From Leptolyngbyaceae cyanobacterium (GTDB lineage Bacteria > Cyanobacteriota > Cyanobacteriia > Phormidesmidales > Phormidesmidaceae): 64,000 nucleotides of DNA. Position numbers and translations under genes: made by a program. The stretch covers positions 1,216,001 to 1,280,000 of the forward strand of contig CBDHHL010000056.1 of NCBI GenBank assembly GCA_965263355.1. The letters are read 5' to 3'. The notes beneath the pieces were generated by a model that was not told where the DNA came from, ran no database searches, and saw only the letters and a program-made list of their open reading frames with translations. The number at the start of each line of letters is the position of its first letter. Position 1 is the stretch's first letter. Below are positions 19,866 to 30,074 of this stretch, piece by piece.

Positions 19866-21122
19866 ATGCTTCAGCTAGGCTATTTCGAAACTCTAGAAAC
19901 GGATGACGCTGAAAATCTTCTCAGCGCCCGTGAACGTTGGCATGAGTATAGACTTAATTTAAGTCAGATTACGGCACAATCGCGAGTCCTAGACATTGGC
20001 TGTGGTCAGGGCATAGCAACTTGGCTCACACAACAAACTGACTGTGAAGTGGTGAAAATTGATGATCAGATAGTTGATTTTCCTCACTTACCCTTTCTAG
20101 ATCAGTCTTTTACCCATGTTTGGAGCCAAACCACCCTCTCCCAGATTCCAGACCATCAACAGGTGTTAGCCGAAATCGAAAGGGTGTTACAAGCAGATGG
20201 CATTTTGATGCTAGATGACTTAATTATGCCTATGGCTCAGGTTAATGAATTGAAAGAAGAGTTGGTTGATCAAGTACTCTCGATTAAATCTTTCCTAACA
20301 CCAGAAGGTTATGCAGACCGTCTTAATCGACTTGGCCTTATGGTGTTGGACTCGTTAGATCTAACTGACCATCTAAGAAAAAGTTATGAGCTTCAATTGG
20401 AGTATCATCAAACTCATAAATCAGATAGCGATTTAGATCTGATTGCTTTTGCCAAACAGGCAATTGATACAATTGATGCTGGAAATCTGGGATGGTGGTT
20501 CTATCGTTGTAAAAAAGTTGGGGATCGCCTGCAATGGATTCACAACAATACAGATACGGATGAGCTGCGCCGTAAGTATGATTCTTGGGCGGCTTTATAC
20601 GAAGCCGATTTGGACAATTCGTGGTTAATGCCTGTGCATGCTGCTCATTTGCTAGAGCAGTTGCAACCCAGCCAAGGGAAAAATCAAGACTCCAGTAAAG
20701 CAATTGCTATTTTGGATGCAGGGGCTGGAACCGGAAAAGTGGGTCAAGCGCTGAGCCAGCTGGGCTATAGCAACATTACTGCTATGGATCTCTCGATTGG
20801 GATGTTAGAGGAAGCTCGCAAGAAGCAAGTTTATACCGCATTGTATGCGGCCAATTTAGAAGAACCCCTAACCGTTTGTGAGCCTGAAACCTTTGATGTG
20901 ATTACGGCCATCGGTGTCTTCACCTATGGCCATGCCAGTCCAGCTGGTTTGCGCCATCTTTTACCCCTCCTCAAACCGGGTGGGCTATTTCTGATCACGG
21001 TTAGGGCGTCTAATCAACTAATGCAGGATGCCTTCAAAGATTTGCCTTGGAGTCTAGTTAAACAAGAAGACTATGAGTTTGAAACCGCCCCTTTTTATCT
21101 GTTGGCCTACCGTAAAGATTAA
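19866..21122 (+). CDS. Tandem class I SAM-dependent methyltransferase (two domains)
   Basis: VLDIGCGQG and ILDAGAGTG motif I copies; ATG at 19866 immediately after mscS. Confidence 0.85.
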   Translation: MLQLGYFETLETDDAENLLSARERWHEYRLNLSQITAQSRVLDIGCGQGIATWLTQQTDCEVVKIDDQIVDFPHLPFLDQSFTHVWSQTTLSQIPDHQQVLAEIERVLQADGILMLDDLIMPMAQVNELKEELVDQVLSIKSFLTPEGYADRLNRLGLMVLDSLDLTDHLRKSYELQLEYHQTHKSDSDLDLIAFAKQAIDTIDAGNLGWWFYRCKKVGDRLQWIHNNTDTDELRRKYDSWAALYEADLDNSWLMPVHAAHLLEQLQPSQGKNQDSSKAIAILDAGAGTGKVGQALSQLGYSNITAMDLSIGMLEEARKKQVYTALYAANLEEPLTVCEPETFDVITAIGVFTYGHASPAGLRHLLPLLKPGGLFLITVRASNQLMQDAFKDLPWSLVKQEDYEFETAPFYLLAYRKD

Positions 21123-21241
21123 TCCCAAATATGTACCCAGTAATAAAGGCTTATAATCGATCTCCTTGAGATATCTCAGGCAACGAGAACATAGTTGACA
21201 TTTTGCGCCAATGGCCCCTTTGTAAAACAGAAAGAAAACAA

Positions 21242-22404
21242 ATGGTTACATCCATCAAAGAACTTCCCGTGTCTGACTTAGAGTTTCAGATGTTCGTACT
21301 AGATGAGTTGGCTGATGAGCTATTAGCTGACAAAAAGGACATCATTAAACTCACCATTGGGATTACGGAACTCGAAATTCCCGAAAGTGTTCGTCAGGTT
21401 TTTTCAAATACTATTTTTGATTACGAGAAAACTCACCGGGTTTATCCCCAGGGGATTCCTGAACTCAAGCGATCGCAAATTACTACAATGCTCAGTATCA
21501 TGTGGGAACCCAGGCTGAAAACGTTATTGTCAACGTGGGCACCAGTTCCATTTTTCGGAATCTGTTCCAGGTTCTATGTCAGCCTGGGCAAGAGATTTTA
21601 CTCCCCAAGCCTTACTATTGCCTCTATTTAATGAGTGCTATTTTGGCAGGGGCTAAGATTACCTACTATGACATCGACTACAAAACGGGTCAGATTGATC
21701 TAGACTCCTTTAGAAATGCCTTCGACCCTGATCGCACCGCTGTAGTGGTCTTAAACAATCCAGGTAATCCCCTCGGCAATGTTCTTACCAAAGATCAGAT
21801 CATTGAGGTCAATCAAATTATTGCAGGGCGGTCGTTCATTGTGAACGATGAAATTTATAACAACACTCTGTTCTACGCTGATTATGAATGTCCACTGGCC
21901 TATCTCGATGAATACCGGGATGTAAATATTGTCACCAATGGCTTTTCTAAAGGATTTCGCATGTATACCAAACGGGTTGGATTTGGTATCTTACCCGATT
22001 CTTTGATTATGCCGATGCGCATTGTACAACAGCACACGTTGTTGACCCACGATCCGGTCAATCAGCATGGTGCGATTGCGGCCCTAAAGGATCTAGAAAG
22101 TCCTAAAGAACTTACCAATCTCTATAAGCAGCGGGCAGAATACTCTTATACTCAGCTCGTCAATACTGGTTGCGATCCTATCAAAGCGGAAGGTGGATTT
22201 TATATTGTTTTGGATTGCGATCGCTGGGTAAAAGAAAAAGGCATGGCCGACTCTAAAGACCTTGCGGTTGACATTGCAAAAACTGTCCATGTAGCCACTG
22301 TTCCAGGTACAGACTTTGGCATTCCCAATGGATTAAGGTTGAGCTTCTGCACCGATAGATATAACGAAGGCATTGATCGATTGCGTGATTACTTCACTCG
22401 ATAA
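21242..22404 (+). pseudogene. PLP-dependent class I/II aminotransferase, frameshifted at about 21465
   Basis: IKLTIG...YPQGIPEL in one frame; NNPGNPLG, DEIY, GFSK..RVG in the next. Confidence 0.8.
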
Positions 22405-22557
22405 ATCGTTGAAATAACCTTCTGCTAAAGATCTTTTTGTTGGCTTGACAATAGTTTTAGAACCTTTAGCACAAGGAAATCCAGGTTTCTCTCATGGATT
22501 TGATCCTCTTGCTCTCATTGTTCTTATGGTGCCCCAGGTAATGTCTGGAGATATAGC

Positions 22558-23280
22558 ATGACAGTATATGACAACGTCAACGAAGCTTACGATCTGGTGT
22601 ATACCGATGTGGATACCAAGGTCCCCTTTGTACTTCAGGTTCTAGAGAAATATCAGAAAGAAAACGTGTTAGAACTCGGCAGTGGTTCCGGGCTATTTAC
22701 GATTCCCCTAAAAAAGAAAGGATTAAATATCGAAGGCGTTGAAATCAGTCAGGAGATGCTTAATCTGACTCTAAAAAAAGCGCCAGACCTAACGCTACAT
22801 CTAGGGGATATGAGAACCTATGATCTAGGTAAACAGTTTGATGCTGTTCTGATATTAAGTGCCACGTTAACTCTGCTCCAAAACCAGGAGGAAATGGTGC
22901 AATGTCTTCAGAAAACCTATAAACATTTGCCTGTTGGAGGTCTATTATTCCTGGAACTACCTAACCATGCGGTGGAAGTTCAGCAAAGCGAACAAACCCA
23001 GGAAGTCTACCAAAATGAAGACAGTTCTATTGTTGTTGTGGTGCAAAGCTTTAAGGTAGAACAATACTGGCGAGAGAATTGGCATATTTTCAAGAGTGGT
23101 CCTGATGGCTTTCAACAGAATCAGGTTAGCTGTGATGAATTTTTGTATGATCCTGAAAAATTAGAGCATCAAATTCAGACAACAGGATTTGAAATTGTAG
23201 AACGATATGGAGATTTGTTTGGAACAGCCTTTGATGCAAACTCTTCTTGGAGACGGGTTCTAATTTGTCAGAAGATCTAA
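22558..23280 (+). CDS. Class I SAM-dependent methyltransferase
   Basis: VLELGSGSG, GDMR, FDAV; GGAG RBS. Confidence 0.9.
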   Translation: MTVYDNVNEAYDLVYTDVDTKVPFVLQVLEKYQKENVLELGSGSGLFTIPLKKKGLNIEGVEISQEMLNLTLKKAPDLTLHLGDMRTYDLGKQFDAVLILSATLTLLQNQEEMVQCLQKTYKHLPVGGLLFLELPNHAVEVQQSEQTQEVYQNEDSSIVVVVQSFKVEQYWRENWHIFKSGPDGFQQNQVSCDEFLYDPEKLEHQIQTTGFEIVERYGDLFGTAFDANSSWRRVLICQKI

Positions 23281-23337
23281 TTTGAAGGAACTTTTATATT
23301 TAGCTCATTTCTTGAAAACAAATTTTAATTACTCAAG

Positions 23338-24072
23338 ATGTCAACCAAAACAGTGATTTTGTGGGCAGCACCTCGGTGTGTTTCCACCGCTTTTGAAAAG
23401 ACATTTTCATGTCGTTCCGATACTGAGGTTGTGCATGAACCCTTTTGTGATGTTTATTTTTTTAGTCAGTGGCGTCGGTCTGAGCGGTTTGGTGATTGTG
23501 AAGACTTATGGGATTACAGTGGTAAGAAAGCAGTAGAACAAATTAATGCGCCACGAACCCCTTTAGTGTTTGTCAAGGACCATGCATATCAAGCTCTACC
23601 CTACATTGATCATACCTTTCTTGAATCCAAGATCAATACCTTCATTATTCGTGATCCTCAAGAAGTTTTGCTGTCATGGTATAAGGTTGGCGAATTACCT
23701 ACGTTAGATGAGTTTGGCTTTATCGCATTGGAAAAAATATGGACGATAGTCACTCAGGATTTAGAACTGCCCGCGATCGTAGTAGATGCAACTCAATTTC
23801 GCAAAGAGCCAGAGCAAACCTTAAGAAAGTATTGCCAGGATATTCAGGTAGAATTTAATCCTCAAATGCTGGCGTGGGAGACCGGAAAATTAAAGAACTG
23901 GAATACTCGTGAAGCTGAGTTTCATAGGAAATGGCATAGCACTTTAGATAGTAGTACAAAGATTCTCCCTCTTGATACGATTGAAGTAAATAGGCAACAG
24001 ATGAAAATTTATCCTGAACATCTTGATATGCTTAGCCAAGCTCAAGATATTTATAAAATGTTAGTCCCATGA
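23338..24072 (+). CDS. Sulfotransferase-like P-loop protein
   Basis: LWAAPRCVSTAFEK, HEPF, FIIRDP motifs. Confidence 0.8.
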   Translation: MSTKTVILWAAPRCVSTAFEKTFSCRSDTEVVHEPFCDVYFFSQWRRSERFGDCEDLWDYSGKKAVEQINAPRTPLVFVKDHAYQALPYIDHTFLESKINTFIIRDPQEVLLSWYKVGELPTLDEFGFIALEKIWTIVTQDLELPAIVVDATQFRKEPEQTLRKYCQDIQVEFNPQMLAWETGKLKNWNTREAEFHRKWHSTLDSSTKILPLDTIEVNRQQMKIYPEHLDMLSQAQDIYKMLVP

Positions 24073-24296
24073 TTTGTCAGGTATCTTTTATCATCGTCGC
24101 TCTTTTTAACCGCTTACCAGATAGAAATTGATGCTTAGAATCATCTAATTTTAGATAAGGTAATGGGAACGCTCATTTTTAATGGGCAGGGAAATTTAAG
24201 GGATGAGGTATTTTCAGCATCTTAAGTTGAAAGTTAATCCTCAATTTTCCCCATAACAGGCAATCCGATTATCTTGTATCCCTGTAAGTTTGAACC

Positions 24297-25688
24297 ATGG
24301 CTGAGCCTCACAATCGAATTCTAGAAATTCTTGAACAGCATTGGCTCAAACGTTCCTTGAACTCGCTTGAAAAGTTTGTATTTATTCAATCCTGGCAAGG
24401 ACAGAGTTACGAGCAGATCGCTGGAGGTGCAGGCTATAGCATCGACTATATGAAGCAGATCGGCTCACTTCTTTGGGTAGAGCTATCGCAAGTGACAGGA
24501 CAATCTATAACGAAGAAGAATCTCAGGCTAACATTAGAGCCTTTGCTGTCTTCATCAGTAACAACCTCTGAAAAATCAGCTGAATCGCTACTAACCGTTG
24601 ATAGTTCAGTTTCCAGTCAGCTTTCAACCGCTATATCTCCAATTATTTCGGCCAATACAATAGACTCTCTCCACCGCTTTCCCTCTGGGCCTTTGCCGTT
24701 AGACTCCCCTCTATACATTGAGCGCCCTCCCATTGAACACACTGTCTATGATGAGCTAATGCGTGATGGCTGTTTATTACGTATTAAAGCCCCCCGCAGA
24801 ATGGGAAAAAGCTCATTGCTTAAGCGCATCACCTGGCAGGCTAAACAACAGGAATATCATATTGTTACCCTTGATTGTCAGGAAGCTAATGAATCACTGT
24901 TAGAGAGCACTGAGGATTTTTTGCGATGGTTTTGTCGATATATTACCCAGGCATTACAACTGGAAGACACGCTTGATACTACCTGGATTCCTGAAATGGG
25001 TAGCAAGGTTAACTGCAAGAATTATATAGAGCCCCGTATTCTCGCTGTTTTACAAAACCCTTTATTACTAACCATCAATGACCTCAACCGGCTATTTGAA
25101 TTTCCAAAACTAGCCCGAGACTTTTTGCCCATGTTGCGGTTCTGGCATGAACAATCAAAAGACAATACCCTCTGGCAAAAGATTAGATTAGTGCTGGTGG
25201 ATTCGACCGATGTCTATGCTCCTCTACAACTAAAGAAGTCCCTATTAAATGTAGGACTTCCGGTCCATTTACCATCTTTTACATTTGAGCAAATTCAGGC
25301 ATTATCCCATCGCTATGGCTTAGATTGGTCAAACGATCACTACTCAGATCTGCAAGCTCTGCATCAAATGATTGACGGACATCCTTATCTAGCTAGCCTG
25401 GCATTTTACTATTTGCATCGAGGTGAGACTACATTAAGGGACTTACTGGAGACTGCCCCTACATCGAAGGGTATTTATCGAAGCCACTTGCAGGAACAGT
25501 TGATTACCTTAGCGGCAGATCCTGCCCTAGCTGAAACTTTCAGAACGGTGGTTGAATCAGACACGGGTGTGGTGTTGGATGCGATCGCAATCCATAAACT
25601 AGAAGGCATTGGGCTTGTTCACCTCAGGAATGGCAAAGTTCATCCTATTTGCGATCTCTATCGTCTCTATTTTCGTCAACATCTGTAG
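24297..25688 (+). CDS. AAA_35-type ATPase with N-terminal HTH
   Basis: SWQGQSYEQIA HTH, SPLYIERPP, KAPRRMGKSSLL, GHPYL. Confidence 0.88.
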   Translation: MAEPHNRILEILEQHWLKRSLNSLEKFVFIQSWQGQSYEQIAGGAGYSIDYMKQIGSLLWVELSQVTGQSITKKNLRLTLEPLLSSSVTTSEKSAESLLTVDSSVSSQLSTAISPIISANTIDSLHRFPSGPLPLDSPLYIERPPIEHTVYDELMRDGCLLRIKAPRRMGKSSLLKRITWQAKQQEYHIVTLDCQEANESLLESTEDFLRWFCRYITQALQLEDTLDTTWIPEMGSKVNCKNYIEPRILAVLQNPLLLTINDLNRLFEFPKLARDFLPMLRFWHEQSKDNTLWQKIRLVLVDSTDVYAPLQLKKSLLNVGLPVHLPSFTFEQIQALSHRYGLDWSNDHYSDLQALHQMIDGHPYLASLAFYYLHRGETTLRDLLETAPTSKGIYRSHLQEQLITLAADPALAETFRTVVESDTGVVLDAIAIHKLEGIGLVHLRNGKVHPICDLYRLYFRQHL

Positions 25689-25703
25689 CTGTAATCTACA
25701 GGT

Positions 25704-26441
25704 TTAACCAGTTAAACTTTGCGATCGCTTACGTCCAGCACTACCACTCTCTCCCGATATCTGCAACGACTGAATCGACTGCACCTGAGCTACCGTACCT
25801 TTCGCATACTGATCCAACGACCCAGCATCCATGCCCTTCACCCCCTGCTGAAACTGAGCATACGGCCCCTGATACAACAAATGAGTCGCCGCCTCAGCCG
25901 ACTCCCCAGCCCTTAGCGCCGCCGCCACCACCTGTTGGTCCAACTGAATCGCCGCCAGGTCACTACTCACATGCTCACGATACAAATCAGCGTAGCTCTG
26001 AATTTTGCCAGTCACCGCATTCGCATATTCCGTATACCGCTGCTTCTGAGCCGTATCCACCTGCGTCTTAGCATAGTGCAGTAGTTTGGGCAGAGCCGCC
26101 TTCTTCTCATCTGTCGATTGCGCCCTCGTCTCACACTGCACATAGGGTCCCTGAGCAACAAACTGAATCACCTGCCGAGGAGAATGCCCTGCTTGTAATG
26201 CCACTTGAGCAACCGTACGATCCAGCTGTTGAGCCGTTTGTTGATCCTCAGGCTCCTCACTCGCGTAAGCCTGAAACAACGTTTGATAATCCTCAAAATT
26301 TACTCGTAGAGCCGCCTTTGCCAATACCAAATACTGTTCTCTCGCCTGCTGTCCCTTTTCCGTATCAGGCTCCCGAGGTAGTAGTTGAGCCTCTTCTGAA
26401 GTCGTTTCTTTATCAGATTTAGGAGACTTTGCCATGATCAC
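25704..26441 (-). CDS. Protein of two helical repeats resembling relaxase/RepB-primase C-terminal domain
   Basis: Two LD..VA..AL.AG.S.......L.QGPY repeats, similar to the C-terminus of the relaxase remnant at 31742-32371. Confidence 0.6.
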   Translation of the reverse strand: MIMAKSPKSDKETTSEEAQLLPREPDTEKGQQAREQYLVLAKAALRVNFEDYQTLFQAYASEEPEDQQTAQQLDRTVAQVALQAGHSPRQVIQFVAQGPYVQCETRAQSTDEKKAALPKLLHYAKTQVDTAQKQRYTEYANAVTGKIQSYADLYREHVSSDLAAIQLDQQVVAAALRAGESAEAATHLLYQGPYAQFQQGVKGMDAGSLDQYAKGTVAQVQSIQSLQISGESGSAGRKRSQSLTG

Positions 26442-26444
26442 TCC

Positions 26445-26858
26445 CTACAACACATCCGAAAAGTCGTTGAGTAGATCATCTTGAGCCAACAGAGCAATCT
26501 CTCCTGTTGGTACTGCCATTGGACTAATTGTTGGAAATTCAGGCTGGGCAGATTCGCTCGACGGGGGCTCAATGCCAAACGTTTCGCGCAAATGCTGAAT
26601 TTGCTCTTCCATCCGAATAATAGACTGACGAGCCAGGGCCTTTAGCTCTGCTTCAGAATGCTTACCAGTATCCTTATAAGCAAAGGGCAGCCAGAAGGCG
26701 CGAGCCGCAGTAGCCGCTTTCTCTTTACCTTTGTAGGTATGATGAATCAGCCAGCTGTAGGTAATCCCATTAGGGGAACTACGATCTGGCTCAAAAATAA
26801 AGCGCACCCGTGATTTAGTGGGCTTATCTGGATCATCATTGCTGGGTTTACGAGGCAT
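26445..26858 (-). CDS. Hypothetical mobile-element protein (copy 1)
   Basis: 137 aa; near-identical copy at 53374-53787. Confidence 0.75.
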   Translation of the reverse strand: MPRKPSNDDPDKPTKSRVRFIFEPDRSSPNGITYSWLIHHTYKGKEKAATAARAFWLPFAYKDTGKHSEAELKALARQSIIRMEEQIQHLRETFGIEPPSSESAQPEFPTISPMAVPTGEIALLAQDDLLNDFSDVL

Positions 26859-26998
26859 GGGCTAATTCTATGGCAATGCCTACAGACTAACGCTTAAGCC
26901 AGTTAATGCTGAGGCTATGCTAAATATTTTAACAATAGCAGTAACTCTTGATATTAACTGCGGACACCATGCTGATTTTTAGCATCTATTCGCGTCAT

Positions 26999-27565
26999 CT
27001 AGCTCTCTAGAATCACGTCTTCATAGAGCAGTTCAATCGGAAACTCAAACTCAACGCTGTCGAGCTTAATGCCATCACCGGCTTGATAAGCGGTATACAA
27101 CCACATGCGGCCCTCTCCTCGACGGTAAATTTCAACATCGATTTGGGTGGAGCTGATCAAGACATAGTCTTCTAAGCTGGGCAGGGTTCGATATTCCTTG
27201 AATTTTTTACTGCGGTCCAGGGTTTCTGTTCCAGGAGACAGTACTTCAACAATTAGTTTGGGATACCTAATTGCATCCAAGGCTGTTTTATCTCGTTCGT
27301 CGCAGCTAACGGCTAGGTCGGGGTATCGATAAATGGATGGGGTGATGCTGACTTTGGCATTTGCTATGTTAATTCGACAGCGTTGGGTACGAATATGGGG
27401 ACGTAGGGCTGTAAGTAGGTTAATGGCGATATCGTTATGGGGTAAGGACCCACCGGTCATGGCGATGATTGCACCGTCGACAAATTCGTAGCGCTGTTCC
27501 TGCTGAGGTTCCCAGTCCAGGTAGGCTTCGACAGTCATTTTTTCAGGATACGCGATGGCGACCAT
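26999..27565 (-). CDS. Uma2 family endonuclease
   Basis: YEFVDG, YPDL, IVEVLSPGT..D..KF. Confidence 0.92.
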   Translation of the reverse strand: MVAIAYPEKMTVEAYLDWEPQQEQRYEFVDGAIIAMTGGSLPHNDIAINLLTALRPHIRTQRCRINIANAKVSITPSIYRYPDLAVSCDERDKTALDAIRYPKLIVEVLSPGTETLDRSKKFKEYRTLPSLEDYVLISSTQIDVEIYRRGEGRMWLYTAYQAGDGIKLDSVEFEFPIELLYEDVILES

Positions 27566-27630
27566 GGTGCAGTTTATATCCAGCTGATTTTATTATAGAA
27601 ATACGAGTTAGCCGCGTGAGGTGAATTCTA

Positions 27631-28239
27631 ATGGTACAAGCTCCTCCTCAACCCAAACTACTCTCACTTCACCTTCCTGGTGAAGTTGCTCTAAAGGTTA
27701 CTTCAGAGCAGTTTGCAGTTCTAGCTGCGGCAAATCGGGGTCTCAGACTTGAACGTACGGCAACGGGAGAATTGATTGTGAATCCACCCACTGGTGGCGA
27801 ATCGGGTAAGCGAAATCTCAGCATCAGCACTCAGCTTGGTATGTGGTTTGAGGCTAATGATACTTTGGGTGAAGCGTTTGATTCATCGACGGGGTTTGAT
27901 TTACCGAATGGGGCTAATCGTTCCCCAGATGCTTCTTGGGTCCGAAGGGAACGCTGGGATGCGCTAACTCCGGAGCAGCGAGAAGGGTTTGTTCCTCTGT
28001 GTCCAGATTTTGTTGTGGAGTTACGATCTAAGACGGATTCGCTTACGGTGCTCCAAGCTAAGATGCTGGAATATATGGATAATGGCTCGCAGTTGGGCTG
28101 GCTGATTGATCCTAAAAACAAACGGGTGGAAATTTATCGTGCGGGGCAAGCGGTTGAGGTTTTGGAAAATCCGGATACGTTGTCGGGAGAAGATGTTTTG
28201 CCTGGGTTTACGCTGATATTGAAACGGATTTGGGCTTAG
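27631..28239 (+). CDS. Uma2 family endonuclease
   Basis: FDSSTGF, SPDASW, CPDFVVELRS. Confidence 0.93.
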   Translation: MVQAPPQPKLLSLHLPGEVALKVTSEQFAVLAAANRGLRLERTATGELIVNPPTGGESGKRNLSISTQLGMWFEANDTLGEAFDSSTGFDLPNGANRSPDASWVRRERWDALTPEQREGFVPLCPDFVVELRSKTDSLTVLQAKMLEYMDNGSQLGWLIDPKNKRVEIYRAGQAVEVLENPDTLSGEDVLPGFTLILKRIWA

Positions 28240-28371
28240 GGGAAAGAATTCTAATTCGGAGTTCAGAATTCCGATCGGTGCAAACAATCGTTTGATGTAA
28301 ATTCAAGATCTTGAGTTACGTCAAACGACAGAGAAAATTATCAGGTTATTTCTACAAGGAATTGAAATTCA

Positions 28372-28734
28372 ATGGGAGTGAATTGGGACATTCTCAAAAA
28401 ACGATTCCTTCAGGCTGACCAAACAGCTCACCTGGAAAGTCTTGCATTGAATTTAACTCGCATTCAGTTTTTTGCAGACAGCGTTACAGGTGAATCAGTT
28501 GTAGAACACCTTATTAGGGAAAGTCAGTTTTTTATCGAGTGGATAGTGCCGGGTATTGATTTGGAGACCGGTCTGGACCAGGCTGTTGAGTTGGCTGACC
28601 TGCAACGGTTGCTGAGTCGTTGGAAGTTAAATTGGTCGGATTGGTGGTGGGATGAGCAAAAACGTCAGGAGGTGGCACGACTTGCCCAGGAGTGGTGCGA
28701 GCGTATTCTCAAGCAACACACATTATCGACTTAA
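28372..28734 (+). CDS. Hypothetical cyanobacterial protein
   Basis: 120-aa ORF with ESQFFIEW motif and plausible RBS. Confidence 0.65.
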   Translation: MGVNWDILKKRFLQADQTAHLESLALNLTRIQFFADSVTGESVVEHLIRESQFFIEWIVPGIDLETGLDQAVELADLQRLLSRWKLNWSDWWWDEQKRQEVARLAQEWCERILKQHTLST

Positions 28735-28843
28735 CAGAGCTAATTCTCTCTCTAAATAATAGTGGAATCGCTTTAATGTGAATTTTAAGGAAGTTCATTT
28801 AGCTGAGATTAAAACCCTTTGATTTCAGTGCCTCTGAGGTTAC

Positions 28844-29136
28844 CTGACGTTCTACCACTGAGATCGTACATCTGAATTCCAAGCAGATAGCTTAAGAAGC
28901 TGGTGTCACTTCTTCCAATCTACATGCAGGCCGATATGCAAGTAATGCTTTTACGTATCGTAGTGGCCAATGATTTGACCTGACTACCCGAACAAAGTGC
29001 TGACGTTCAGGCCAGCGCCAAACTGTCCAATGTAGGTCAATCCAGCTAGCTTGATTTTTTGGGGTAAAATTGGGGTAAAGCAATATTTTGACCACTAAAA
29101 CTATTGATATATATAGCTTAAGCGTCAGCTTCCCAA
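28844..29136. mobile_element. att-like relic built from tRNA-Gly(CCC) fragments with GGGGTAAA arm repeats
   Basis: Minus strand CTCAGTGGTAGAACGTCAG (28844-28862) and GAACGTCAGC (28999-29008); GGGGTAAA at 29061 and 29072; plus strand GCGTCAGC-TTCCCAA (29122-29136). Confidence 0.6.
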
Positions 29137-29257
29137 ACGATTTTCGATCTATGGGGCTGATTAATACGTTGACTGCACTCAGTTTTTATCTCATACATAG
29201 TGAAGGCATTCGATACACTAGTCGATATACGATTGATTCAAAGCTGCGTATCGTCCT

Positions 29258-29842
29258 ATGATTGCTTCACCAACCGTTAAAATTCCAACTGCCATGAGCG
29301 TTAGCTTTATGCAGTTTCTGCAGTTGGTTAAAGCGAATCCGGAGCTACGACTAGAGTTAACCGCTGAAGGAACATTGATTGCAATGTCACCAACCGGTAG
29401 TGAAGGTGGACAACGAAATGCTGAGCTAACAACAGATTTTTGTATTTGGAATCGTCAGATAAAACTAGGGATTGTTTTCGACTCGTCTACAGGCTTTAGA
29501 CTTCCAAATGGTGCCGTAAGGTCCCCTGATGTTTCCTGGGTGAAACAGTCTCGTTGGGATGCACTTACATCAGAGCAACGAAAGGGATTTGCTCCCCTAT
29601 GTCCTGATTTTGTTTTAGAACTTGCCTCCGAATCTGACGATATCGAAGATCTTCAGACCAAGATGCAGGAGTATCTCGAAAATGGGGCTCAGTTGGGTTG
29701 GCTAATTGATCCGAGGACCCGGCAAGTAGAGATTTATCGACCAGCAAAACCCGTCGAGATTTTGCAATCACCCAAAACACTTTCAGGAGAAGACATCCTA
29801 TCTGGACTAGTTTTCAATCTGAATGTAATTTATCTAGATTGA
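29258..29842 (+). CDS. Uma2 family endonuclease
   Basis: FDSSTGF, SPDVSW, CPDFVLEL. Confidence 0.93.
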   Translation: MIASPTVKIPTAMSVSFMQFLQLVKANPELRLELTAEGTLIAMSPTGSEGGQRNAELTTDFCIWNRQIKLGIVFDSSTGFRLPNGAVRSPDVSWVKQSRWDALTSEQRKGFAPLCPDFVLELASESDDIEDLQTKMQEYLENGAQLGWLIDPRTRQVEIYRPAKPVEILQSPKTLSGEDILSGLVFNLNVIYLD

Positions 29843-29860
29843 ATGGAACGACATCACTGC

Positions 29861-30073
29861 TTATAGCTTGCTGCCAGGAGCGTTGAAGCTTTCCTCTGAA
29901 AAGTTTTCCTCTACATCAGGTAACTCGTCATTTGACTCATCGGATTCTGGTACGAGGATGAACACCTTAACAGTTGGAGGATACAGCAGATTGGGGGGTA
30001 GCTGAAAGTTAGGCCATTCAATTTGGCCATCCTCTGTGACAGAAGCATTAAGTTCGTAGGCTTCCATATAATA
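29861..30073 (-). CDS. Small hypothetical protein (antitoxin-like), possibly truncated
   Basis: MEAYE..A.VT.DGQI pattern typical of small cyanobacterial proteins that precede toxins. Confidence 0.45.
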   Translation of the reverse strand, partial: YYMEAYELNASVTEDGQIEWPNFQLPPNLLYPPTVKVFILVPESDESNDELPDVEENFSEESFNAPGSKL

Positions 30074-30074
30074 A

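Noticed and set aside
28892..29095. 67-aa ORF
   Set aside because: Overlaps the att-like relic, has a weak start and no recognisable motif
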